From NCBI GenBank assembly GCA_030018495.1, contig JASEFS010000019.1:7664-71663 (forward strand): a DNA stretch of 64,000 nucleotides, in the 5' to 3' direction. The notes under the pieces are model-generated. The model ran no database searches. It saw only the letters and a list, made by a program, of their open reading frames with translations, and was not told the origin of the DNA. Source of the DNA: Deltaproteobacteria bacterium. GTDB taxonomy: Bacteria; Desulfobacterota; Desulfobaccia; Desulfobaccales; 0-14-0-80-60-11. The position numbers and the translations under genes were made by a program. Shown in pieces: positions 1 through 8,497 of this stretch; within the stretch, counting starts at the first letter, position 1; each line of letters starts with the position of its first letter.

Positions 1-1093
1 GATAGCTTTTCCAGCCGCGTCTTGCTTCCAGGACCTCGCCTTGTCGTTTGCCTACCAGATAGGCGTCCGGGCTGACTTTTCCACCGACCAGATCAGGGGC
101 AAGCCCCCAGACGGCATTGATTATGAGGCGGTCAGGCAGGCAGCTTTCCGGATCCGTGGTGAACATAACGCCCGCAGCCTGAGCCGGAATCAGGGGTTGG
201 ATGAGGACGCTCATGGCCGAATCCTGGGGAGCGATGCCCTGGTCGTGATAATAGCTTAAGGCCCGCGCCGAAAACTGGGAAGCCGCCACTTCCCGCCAGC
301 GCGCCGGCACCTCCTCTGCAGGCACACCGAGAAAACTGGCATAGAGACCGGCAAAGGTGGCAGCGGTATCCTCCAGCGCGCCGCTGGAACGCACCACCAG
401 ACTCCGGCCCGGTTCCGACGCCAACCTTCGGGCTTCTGCCAACAAAGCCCGGGCCAGCTCCTCAGGTACAGGCTGGGCCAGCATCAAGGCTTGCAGATCG
501 TCGGCCGCGGCCTCTACTTCCCGCGGGTTGCCGTAATCGAGCTTTGCCAGTCTGGCTTGCACGGCCTCCTGAAGCGTACCCGACTTCCCGTTCCGGCTAA
601 TTTTTTGTTCCACAAACAGGCGGTATGCCGAAAAGGTGGCCACCACTCCCGGTGGGACGGGAAGCTTCAGATCCATTATCAACCGGGCCAGATTGGCGGC
701 CTTGCCGCCGAGGCTGGCCAAGTTATCCGGCGTTGCTTCTTCAAGACGTACCAATGGGGGCCCGGCAGGTAGTGGGGGATGAGCGGCCAAACGCTCGGAT
801 AAGGCTTCCTGGATTCTGCCGCGCACCTCATGCAGCTCCGGCCATCGCCCGCCCGACATCTTCAGCAGGGAAGCCACCAGATTGCGGATCTGCACATCAA
901 GGGCGGCTACCGCGGCCCGCAGTGACTTGAGATCTACGGCATGGCGGCCGGCCAGCTTTTCCTCCAAATCGCCCATCAGGGCCAGGGCTTCATTATTGGC
1001 GGCCAGGAGTTCCTGGAAGCCGTGAAATATTTCCCTGAGACCCGGAGCAGTACGGGGCAGCTTTTGGCGGCGGAAAAAATCAAGGAAGCCCAT
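1..1093 (-). CDS. PEP synthase/pyruvate,water dikinase-like protein, paralog 1 (3' part outside window; absent from ORF track)
   Basis: Manual translation from ATG 1093: MGFLDFFRRQ...FQELLAANNEALALMGDLEEKL...LGGKAANL...LVVRSSGALEDTAATFAGLY. Same N-terminal block and ATP-grasp motifs as the other three paralogs. Confidence 0.88.
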   Translation of the reverse strand, partial: MGFLDFFRRQKLPRTAPGLREIFHGFQELLAANNEALALMGDLEEKLAGRHAVDLKSLRAAVAALDVQIRNLVASLLKMSGGRWPELHEVRGRIQEALSERLAAHPPLPAGPPLVRLEEATPDNLASLGGKAANLARLIMDLKLPVPPGVVATFSAYRLFVEQKISRNGKSGTLQEAVQARLAKLDYGNPREVEAAADDLQALMLAQPVPEELARALLAEARRLASEPGRSLVVRSSGALEDTAATFAGLYASFLGVPAEEVPARWREVAASQFSARALSYYHDQGIAPQDSAMSVLIQPLIPAQAAGVMFTTDPESCLPDRLIINAVWGLAPDLVGGKVSPDAYLVGKRQGEVLEARRGWKSY

Positions 1094-1373
1094 AAGCAAA
1101 TTTCATCAAAAATTTGGCATTCGGTCTTTACGAAAATTATACCCGATTTAAGGTTTACGACAGGGGTAAAGATCGGTCCGATTTGGTTCTTTTGCGGAAA
1201 GGAAATCGGGTACTTTTTACCCATGCTCATTTTAGACTCAGGAACTTACAGCTTTTACAATGTGTAAAAATTCCTGACAGAATTTTTCCAGAAAGGGCAG
1301 GGAAAATTTTTTAAAGCAGGCGTATCCTCTTTGGTTCTCAATGCTTAAATTATTTCCAGCCTCGGATGGCAAT

Positions 1374-1388
1374 TGGCACGGGCATTGC
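1374..1388 (+). promoter_or_regulatory. sigma54 (-24/-12) promoter
   Basis: TGGCACG-GGCA-TTGC is an exact match to TGGCACG-N4-TTGC, ~90 bp upstream of the 1481 operon. Inverted repeat TTTTACA-atg-TGTAAAA at ~1253-1269 is a possible UAS. Confidence 0.75.
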
Positions 1389-1480
1389 CTAATTAAGGAA
1401 AAAAGTGCGGTTTACTCCGGCGAGCTCAACATAGGGGCCGCCGCTTGAAAATAGTCATTTTATCTCACGGAGGTATTTAA

Positions 1481-1774
1481 GTGAAAAAGTTTCCTGCTCT
1501 TATCCTAAATTTTCTCCTGCTCGCCCTGCCCGCCTTAGTCTGGGCTGCCGGTCCGGGAGAAAAAGCCCCGGATATGGCAACCCGCCAGGTAAAGGTGGAA
1601 GGCATCTCTTTTATCAATGCCTTTTTTGCCGGCTGGTACAACGACAACAAGATGGTGTTCGCCATCATCGTCACGGTGATCATGGGCCTGGTTGGGGGCA
1701 TCATCGCCTTTGTCACTGACATAATCCTGAAATTTATCGGGATGGATGTCAGCAAAATCGAGCACCACGAATAG
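1481..1774 (+). CDS. Small membrane protein, DVU0150-like partner of TSUP
   Basis: GGAGG RBS, signal peptide, one TM helix, WYN...G...D..L...G.D.S...HE pattern, directly upstream of a TSUP gene. Confidence 0.7.
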   Translation: MKKFPALILNFLLLALPALVWAAGPGEKAPDMATRQVKVEGISFINAFFAGWYNDNKMVFAIIVTVIMGLVGGIIAFVTDIILKFIGMDVSKIEHHE

Positions 1775-1796
1775 CTGGGATGGGAGGAATATAGGC

Positions 1797-2810
1797 ATGC
1801 TGGAAATGTTTAATGTGTACCTGCCAATAGCTGAGTTGCATTTCAACGCCTTCATCCTGGTGGCTATCGGCTTTTCCGTAGGGGTTTTGGGCGGCTTCTT
1901 CGGGGTAGGCGGTGCTTGGGTCGTCACCCCGGCTCTGAATATTTTCGGCTTCCCCATGGCTTACGCCATCGGTACGGATTTGGCTCATATTTTCGGGAAA
2001 TCCATTGTGGCCACTGCCAAACACCGGAAGATGGGCAATGTGGACATGAAATTGGGCTTTTTGTCCATAATCGGTTCCGTGATCGGCGTGGAGGCCGGCG
2101 CCCAGACCGTCATGTGGCTGACCGCCAAAGGTTTTGCCGGACCTGTGGTGCGTTATACTTACATGCTTCTCCTGTTCGGTTTGGGCATCTACATGCTCTA
2201 TGACTATGCCACCAAAGACAAGCGGGCCGCAGCCAAGGCAGCCAAAACGGCTAATCCTGGTGCTGCCGTGATGGCGCCGCGCAAGGCCTGGAACTTGCCG
2301 CCCATGGTCCATTTTCCGGTTTCCGGCATTACCATTTCCTTTTGGACGGTCATGGGAGTGTTCTTTTTCACCGGCTATCTTTCCGGGTTTCTGGGGGTGG
2401 GCGGCGGCTTCATCCGCATGCCGGCCCTCATCTATCTGATCGGCTGTCCCACGGCCATTGCAGTGGGCACTGACCTGTTCTCGGTGCTCTTTTCCGGGGC
2501 TTACGGCTGTTGGACATACGGGGTGAAAGGCGCGGTGGACATTATCGCGGCTCTCTACATGCTTGTCGGCGCCTCCATCGGAGCACAGTTGGGCGTCACC
2601 GCGGTGAAATATATCCGGGGCTATGGCATTCGGCTCCTCTTTGCCATCATGATCATCCTGGCCGGGACCTCCGTGGCTTTAAAGCAATTCAATCTGACCA
2701 CTGCGGCAGCCTGGTTGGTTATGAGCGCGGCGTTGGGCATGTGCGCCATTATTATGTTCAAGCTGTGGGTCGGCTTTAAGAAGGAAAAAGCCGAAAAGAT
2801 GGGCCTTTAA
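1797..2810 (+). CDS. TSUP family transporter (sulfite exporter TauE/SafE)
   Basis: Duplicated GFFGVGG / GFLGVGGG and AIGTDL / AVGTDL motifs, multiple TMs. Start moved to ATG 1797 after GGGAGG. Confidence 0.92.
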   Translation: MLEMFNVYLPIAELHFNAFILVAIGFSVGVLGGFFGVGGAWVVTPALNIFGFPMAYAIGTDLAHIFGKSIVATAKHRKMGNVDMKLGFLSIIGSVIGVEAGAQTVMWLTAKGFAGPVVRYTYMLLLFGLGIYMLYDYATKDKRAAAKAAKTANPGAAVMAPRKAWNLPPMVHFPVSGITISFWTVMGVFFFTGYLSGFLGVGGGFIRMPALIYLIGCPTAIAVGTDLFSVLFSGAYGCWTYGVKGAVDIIAALYMLVGASIGAQLGVTAVKYIRGYGIRLLFAIMIILAGTSVALKQFNLTTAAAWLVMSAALGMCAIIMFKLWVGFKKEKAEKMGL

Positions 2811-2830
2811 TCAAGAGAGGAGGATGACTT

Positions 2831-3250
2831 ATGAAAATCTTGGTGCCTGTGGACGGTTCGGACTTCTCTCTAAAGGCCCTGGAAACCGCGTGCGATATGG
2901 CCAAGGCCCAGGCTCCGTCCTCCATGGTTCTGGTTTCCGTGAGCATGGTCCTGCCCGAGTTGGAAGAGGGAGCTTATATCGCGGAAAAAATGAAGGCCAT
3001 TGCAGAGGCCGCTTTGGACAAGGCCAAAGGAGTGGCTTCAGCCAAAGGGATGACCCCCTCCTTGATTTTGGCCTCCGGGGTTTCGCCGGCGGATGAGATA
3101 GTTAAGGTAGCCAAGAATGAGAACGCCGACCTGATTGTGATGGGCAGCCGGGGCTTGGCCGGCAAAGGCAAGTATTTCCTGGGCAGCACCGCTTCCCAGG
3201 TGGTTACTCACTCCCATTGCTCCGTCCTGGTGGTGAAGACGCCGGAGTAA
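2831..3250 (+). CDS. Universal stress protein
   Basis: KILVPVDGS...DLIVMGSRG...LGSTA...VLVV. Confidence 0.95.
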   Translation: MKILVPVDGSDFSLKALETACDMAKAQAPSSMVLVSVSMVLPELEEGAYIAEKMKAIAEAALDKAKGVASAKGMTPSLILASGVSPADEIVKVAKNENADLIVMGSRGLAGKGKYFLGSTASQVVTHSHCSVLVVKTPE

Positions 3251-3284
3251 TAGGGTCTATATAGCGGTTGTTGCTTTCCCCCTC

Positions 3285-3312
3285 AGGCGGCCCTCAGGGC
3301 CGCCTCCTTTTT
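3285..3312 (+). terminator. Rho-independent terminator (group IIC intron target)
   Basis: AGGCGGCCC-tca-GGGCCGCCT followed by CCTTTTT, after the USP stop. Confidence 0.8.
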
Positions 3313-3566
3313 GTGCCGAGCATGCAACGCAGCTTGGAGGTGCAAGTCCTCTACCCAACCTGATGGAGGTGAAGGGTTAGCGAAGCGCAAGGGCGTCGCC
3401 GTGAGGCGGGGTCTGAAGGAAGCGTGGAGCAAAGCCGTGACCTGACGGACAGAAACCGGATACGAGGCAGATTTGGCCGGACGAGCGGACAAATGATCGC
3501 GAAGTTCATATCCATCAAGGGCCAAGGCTGCAAATTCGGCAGTGTGCGGTGAAGCGGCGGGCTTAT
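3311..3566 (+). mobile_element. Truncated class C (IIC) group II intron: 5' end/domain I only
   Basis: TTGTGCCGAGCATG...GTGCAAGTCC...GTTAGCGAAGCGCAAGGG...TCTGAAGGAAGC...GCAAA...CTGACGGACAGAAAC...GAGGC follows the IIC domain I layout and starts just after a terminator hairpin. No RT ORF or domain V/VI seen. Confidence 0.82.
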
Positions 3567-3580
3567 TTATCACACCCTCA

Positions 3581-4124
3581 AGGGCGCAATAAATTGCGCC
3601 CCTACGATAAGCCGGCAGCTACAGTAGCTGGGTAAGCCTGAAGTGAGAACTGTTTATAACGGCGGGCAGTGCCCACCCTACACTTTGAAGTGAGAGTTTT
3701 TAGTTTTTAGTAAAAAGCGGTCCGGTCGGCATAAAAATATGGAGATGCAAGGAGGCCTCGCAACCGCAGCAAACGCCAGGTGGCACAGGCGTCCGTCCTG
3801 TGCAGGGACAGGTTGCAAACCTGCGCCGCCGGGACTTTGCGGTTAATGGAAATCTTGCTTTTATTCAGGAGTCGACGCCCTGTTTTTAGGTCTTTCGCCG
3901 AAAACCGAAAACGAACTACCTTGAATTGCTCTATGGCAATAAGGCAGTTACGGCCGGCAATCGCCGGCAAGGGCGCTATTTATAACGGCGGGCAGTGCCC
4001 CCCCTTACTCCCGAGACTTAGATGGCACAAGCGTCTCGCCCGTGCATTTCCGCCCCTAACATTTTCCCTATTTCCGAGGACAGGTTGTAATGCGAAAAAA
4101 GTAAGGGCGGTTGGTGAACCGCCC
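3581..4124. repeat. Cluster of REP-like (GTAG/GTGG-type) palindromes
   Basis: AGGGCGCAATAAATTGCGCCCCTAC (3581-3605), GGCGGGCAGTGCCCACCCTAC (3661-3681), 22-bp direct repeat at 3653-3674 and 3979-4000, GTGGCACAGG..CCTGTGC (3780-3803), GTAAGGGCGGTTGGTGAACCGCCC (4101-4124). Confidence 0.7.
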
Positions 4125-4151
4125 CTTTTATCAAAAAGGATTATTTTAAAA

Positions 4152-5876
4152 TCAATAAAATAGCAGCAAATAGACCGAAGCCAGGGCCACGGTGATGAGC
4201 ATGGGAATCATGCAGGCCTTCATATAATAAAGAAATGAGATGTGATAGCCCGCCTTTTCGGCCAGTCCCACAGTGACCACGTTGGCGGAGGCGCCGATCA
4301 TGGTGCCGTTGCCGCCGAAGCAGGCCCCCAAGGCCAATGCCCACCACAAGACGCCGCTTTCCGCGCCGGGGATGGTGGTGTTTAAATACGCAACAATGGG
4401 GAGCATGGTGGCGGTGAATGGAATATTGTCGATAGCCGCGGAGGCCAGGGCCGCCACCCAGACTATCAGCAGGATCGCCACCGGCAGCGACCCCCGGGAC
4501 ATGTTCGCCACCCATTCGGCGATGGCCTGGATCAGGCCTGTCTCTTCTGCGCCCGCCACCACAATGAACAATGCCATGAAAAAGACCAGGGTGGGCCATT
4601 CCACTTCATGCTCCAGCATTTCCACGATATTGCCCCGGGAGATGGTGAGCAGCACCATGGCTCCGGTCAGCGCGGCGATGGACGGCTCCATGTGCAGGAC
4701 GCCGTGAATAATGAACAGAAAGATGGTGAAGGCCAGCATCCCCAGAGACAGTATGAGCAGCTTTTTATTAGTGATCTTATATTCTTCCCTCAAATATTCG
4801 ATGGTGCGGCCCACATCCTTGACTTCGGCTTCCAGGTAGGACTTCTTGTACCAATAAACGTAGTAAATCAGGGTGACCGCCATGCAGATGCCCACAATGC
4901 CGGTCAGGTTCATCACAAAATCCACAAAGGACAGCTTGGCATAGGAGCCGATGAGGATATTGGGAGGGTCGCCGATCAGGGTGGCGGTGCCGCCCACATT
5001 GGAGGCAAAGACCTCGGGAATCAAAAACGCGATGGGGTTGACCTTGAGGGTGACCGCGATCTCAATGGTCACCGGGATCATAAGGAGCATGGTGGTGACG
5101 TTGTCCAGGAAGGCGGATGCCACCGCGGTGACCACCATCAAGATGCAGGACAGGACGAACACGTTGCCCCGGGCGATGGCGTAGGACTTGAAGGCCAGCC
5201 ACTGGAACATGCCGGTTTTTTTCAGGACCCCCACAATAATCATCATGCCCATGAGCAGGAAGATGACGTTCATGTCCATGGCCGCCATGGCGTCCTCAAA
5301 AGACAGGATAAAGTAGTTTTTGTCAAAGGTGCCCGCGGTATAGGATATGAAAAGTATTACTGCGGCCCCCAGGAGCGCGGCCAGGGTGCGGTGCATCAAT
5401 TCCGCGGCAATGATCACATAGACCAAAATCAGGATGCCGGTGGCCAGCCAGAAAGCGGGCGTGATCTTGCGGAACATATTGAAGGTCTGGTTCGCCTGGA
5501 ACAACCGGTTGCCGTGCTGGTCCACTCCGGCTTCCAGGACCTGGACCGGGCTGGGCTGAAGATCCCGCCAAGCGGGCTTGTGGGCCTTAACCTCCACCTT
5601 GGCGGCCGGCAGGGAGCCTGCGGGCAAAATTACCTCCGCCATAAAGGCTCCATGCTTGCCGGTGACGACCTCTTCCCCGTCCACGGTCTCCTGGTGCCGG
5701 CCGTTGACCAGCACTTCCACTTCCACCTCCTTGACGCCCTTGCCCTGGGGATTTTTGATGACTCCGGATACGGTCAGCCGGTCTCCCGGCTCCGGCACGG
5801 CCGCGAAGCCCCAGACAACGCTGCAAAACAGGATGGGCAAAAGGAACGCTCCTGTCAGACGGATGACTCTGAACAT
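4152..5876 (-). CDS. ArsB/NhaD (IT superfamily) permease with N-terminal periplasmic beta-sandwich-like domain
   Basis: SAFLDNVTT, SNVGGTATLIGDPPN, DNIPF and GGNGTMIGASAN motifs; signal peptide plus ~120 aa soluble domain. Confidence 0.92.
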   Translation of the reverse strand: MFRVIRLTGAFLLPILFCSVVWGFAAVPEPGDRLTVSGVIKNPQGKGVKEVEVEVLVNGRHQETVDGEEVVTGKHGAFMAEVILPAGSLPAAKVEVKAHKPAWRDLQPSPVQVLEAGVDQHGNRLFQANQTFNMFRKITPAFWLATGILILVYVIIAAELMHRTLAALLGAAVILFISYTAGTFDKNYFILSFEDAMAAMDMNVIFLLMGMMIIVGVLKKTGMFQWLAFKSYAIARGNVFVLSCILMVVTAVASAFLDNVTTMLLMIPVTIEIAVTLKVNPIAFLIPEVFASNVGGTATLIGDPPNILIGSYAKLSFVDFVMNLTGIVGICMAVTLIYYVYWYKKSYLEAEVKDVGRTIEYLREEYKITNKKLLILSLGMLAFTIFLFIIHGVLHMEPSIAALTGAMVLLTISRGNIVEMLEHEVEWPTLVFFMALFIVVAGAEETGLIQAIAEWVANMSRGSLPVAILLIVWVAALASAAIDNIPFTATMLPIVAYLNTTIPGAESGVLWWALALGACFGGNGTMIGASANVVTVGLAEKAGYHISFLYYMKACMIPMLITVALASVYLLLFY

Positions 5877-5930
5877 GATTTACTCCTTAGGGGTAATATG
5901 ACCTTACGAGGCCTGACGGATAACCGGGCA

Positions 5931-7664
5931 TCAATAGACAGTGATTAAATAAACCGTTGATAAAGCCAGGGTGACCAGCATGGGGATGAAACAGGCCTTG
6001 AGATATTCCCCGAAAGAAATGGAATATCCCGCCTTTTCGGCGAGGCCTACGGTCACTATATTGGCGGAGGCGCCGATCATGGTGCCGTTGCCGCCGAACG
6101 CGGCCCCGAGAGCCAAGGCCCACCACAGGGCGCCGCCTTGGGCCGCCGGCATGATACTGCTCAAGTGGGCGATAATAGGCAGCATGGCCGCGGTAAAAGC
6201 AGTGGTTTCAACCACGCAGGATGCCAAGGCTGAAATCCACAGGACCAGAAGCAGCGCCAAAATGAAATTGCCCCCCGCGGTTTGGTCCACCCAGTCCGCA
6301 ATCATTTGAAGCAATCCGGTGGAGCGGACGCCGGCAATAATGATGAAAAGAGCCATGAGAAAGAGCAGGGTGGGCCATTCCACCTCGTGTTCCAGCAAGC
6401 TGACGATGTCGACCCGGGAGATGATCACCAATAAAATGGCGCCGCTGAGCGCGGCCACAGAAGGCGGCATGCCCAGGAGATGATGCACCAGAAACAGCAG
6501 CAGCATGCCGGCCAGAATAATCAGCGACCTCGCCAGCAGCCGCTTATCCCGGATGCGGTATTCCGTCTTAAAAAAATCGAGGGTGCGGGAAACATCCAGG
6601 TCGAACACCCGGCGATAAACCCGGCGATACCAGAAAAAGTAGTAGACTACCGCCACGACCACACAAATGAGTACTATGCCGCTCATATTGGCCAGAAAAT
6701 CCACAAAGGAGAGCCTGGCATACGAGCCGATCATGACATTGGGAGGATCGCCGATCAGGGTGGCCGCTCCCCCGAGGTTGGCCGCGAAGACTTCGGGAAT
6801 CAAAAAGGCCGTGGGGTTCACTTTCAAGGGCAAGGCGAGTTCAATGGTCACCGGGATCACCAGGAGCATGGTGGTGACGTTGTCGATAAGGGCTGAAACG
6901 GCCGCGGTGAACAGCATCAAAAAACAAACCAAAAACAGCACCCGGCCGCGCGCCAGTGCATAAGCCTGATAGGCCAGCCAGCGGAACAGGCCGGTTTTTC
7001 TTAAAACTCCGACAATGAACATCATCCCCAAAAGCAGGAACACGACGTTCATGTCAATAGCTTCCACGGCATCTTCAAAGGACAAGATGAAAAAGTCCTC
7101 ATTAAAGGTGCCCACTGCATAAGTAATGAACAGCAGCAAGGCGGCTCCCAAGGTCGCGGCCAAAGTGCGATGCAGCCGCTCCATGGTAATGAGGGCAAAT
7201 ACGGCCAGAAGAACGCCCCCGGCAATCCAGGCTGCCGACGTCAGGCGCCGCTTTAAGGTGATTTTTTGGACGGCCTGAAAAACGCGGCCGCCGGCCCGGT
7301 CCCGGGGAGCTTCTATAACAGGAACAGGGAGGGCGGCGGACCGAAACCCGGGTCTCTGAGCGCGGATTTCCACCCGGGCGGGTGGGAGCTTGCCGGCAGG
7401 CAGGGCAAACTCAGCCACAAAAACGCCATGCCGGTCGGTGGCCACCAGGGTTTCGCCCTCGATCGTCGGCAGCGGCTGGCCATCAACCTCGACCTGGACT
7501 TGCACGTCTCTCAGCTCCCTGCCCTGGGAGTCCCGGACAACCCCTGATAGATTTAAGGTATCCCCCGGCGCCGGCGCGGCGGCAGCCAAGTTAAAAGGCC
7601 CCAGCAAGCAAGCCACGAGTGGGGGGAACAGGATTCTGAGGGCGCCTCGGAAAATGGGCAGCAT
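5931..7664 (-). CDS. ArsB/NhaD permease paralog (more diverged)
   Basis: SALIDNVTT, LIGDPPN, GGNGTMIGASAN; DNIP motif replaced by ETTA. Confidence 0.9.
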   Translation of the reverse strand: MLPIFRGALRILFPPLVACLLGPFNLAAAAPAPGDTLNLSGVVRDSQGRELRDVQVQVEVDGQPLPTIEGETLVATDRHGVFVAEFALPAGKLPPARVEIRAQRPGFRSAALPVPVIEAPRDRAGGRVFQAVQKITLKRRLTSAAWIAGGVLLAVFALITMERLHRTLAATLGAALLLFITYAVGTFNEDFFILSFEDAVEAIDMNVVFLLLGMMFIVGVLRKTGLFRWLAYQAYALARGRVLFLVCFLMLFTAAVSALIDNVTTMLLVIPVTIELALPLKVNPTAFLIPEVFAANLGGAATLIGDPPNVMIGSYARLSFVDFLANMSGIVLICVVVAVVYYFFWYRRVYRRVFDLDVSRTLDFFKTEYRIRDKRLLARSLIILAGMLLLFLVHHLLGMPPSVAALSGAILLVIISRVDIVSLLEHEVEWPTLLFLMALFIIIAGVRSTGLLQMIADWVDQTAGGNFILALLLVLWISALASCVVETTAFTAAMLPIIAHLSSIMPAAQGGALWWALALGAAFGGNGTMIGASANIVTVGLAEKAGYSISFGEYLKACFIPMLVTLALSTVYLITVY

Positions 7665-7750
7665 TGCCTTTAAAACCCTTCAAAGCCATCAAGCATTGCT
7701 AAAAAGCTGTTGACTGCTTGGGCAAACTCAAAAATAAGCTGATAAAAAGT

Positions 7751-7768
7751 TTGTGCAAAATTACACAA
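7751..7768. promoter_or_regulatory. Rex-like operator
   Basis: TTGTGCA-AAAT-TACACAA, 12/14 match to TTGTGAA-N4-TTCACAA, in a divergent promoter region. Second site 7879-7896 matches 11/14. Confidence 0.5.
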
Positions 7769-7914
7769 ATTTATGGTGGCTTGTCAAATAAAACCGGAGC
7801 TGCTTCTATTGCAATTTGCAACAATTCTTTTTTTAACTTGACATCTTTTGAGCACTTCATTATTTACAAACAGATACTTTGTGAAAAATATAGCAAGGCA
7901 GGTGGGAGGGTCGC

Positions 7915-8421
7915 ATGCCTAACGCAACCAAAGTCAAGGATCTTATGATCCCTCTGGAGGATTATCCGCACATCCCGTACTGGTTCACCCTGCGCCAGGC
8001 CATGGCCATCGTCCGGGAGGCCTCCATTAAGTATGAAGGGTTTATGCCCAGGTCGGTTCTGGTTTTTGATGAAAAATATCAGCTCATGGGCATGTTGACC
8101 CTGCGGGACATCATAAAGGGCCTGGAACCTCAGTTTTTAAAAGAAACAGCCCTAATAAAGGTTGATCCCAGCCTCACCATACTCACCAAGGACCTGTTCG
8201 GCCCCGGTTTGAAGCAGGCTTCCCAAAAGCCGGTAAGCGAAGTCATGAGCCCCATCAAGGTGATGGTTAATGCTGATGATCCCATTGCCAAGGCCTTGTT
8301 CCTGATGATCAAGGAAAATGTGGGCATGATGCCGGTCATGCAGGAAAAAAAGGTGGCGGGCATGATTCGCCTGAGCGACCTGTTCAAGGTCGTCTCGGAT
8401 GCCGTGCTGGGTGATGAATAA
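7915..8421 (+). CDS. CBS domain protein
   Basis: KVKDLMIP...GMLTLRDI...VSEVMSP...MPVM...GMIRLSDL; two CBS repeats. Confidence 0.9.
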   Translation: MPNATKVKDLMIPLEDYPHIPYWFTLRQAMAIVREASIKYEGFMPRSVLVFDEKYQLMGMLTLRDIIKGLEPQFLKETALIKVDPSLTILTKDLFGPGLKQASQKPVSEVMSPIKVMVNADDPIAKALFLMIKENVGMMPVMQEKKVAGMIRLSDLFKVVSDAVLGDE

Positions 8422-8497
8422 TCTCCATTGCCGGAGATTCCGCAGGGGCCGCTCTATTGCCACTTCCTAGCGCTCATTAGAGAAGGAGTCAGTCATT

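Noticed and set aside
41-1314. Plus-strand ORFs in 41-1314 and minus ORF 976-1230
   Set aside because: Shadows or off-frame readings of the minus-strand dikinase-like gene starting at 1093 and its promoter region.
3570-4130. Possible CRISPR array
   Set aside because: Repeats are heterogeneous and irregularly spaced, and there are no cas genes; a REP-like interpretation fits better.
3283-4163. ORFs 3283-3573, 3351-3533, 3707-3970, 3780-4163
   Set aside because: They overlap intron RNA and REP-like repeats and have no protein motifs.
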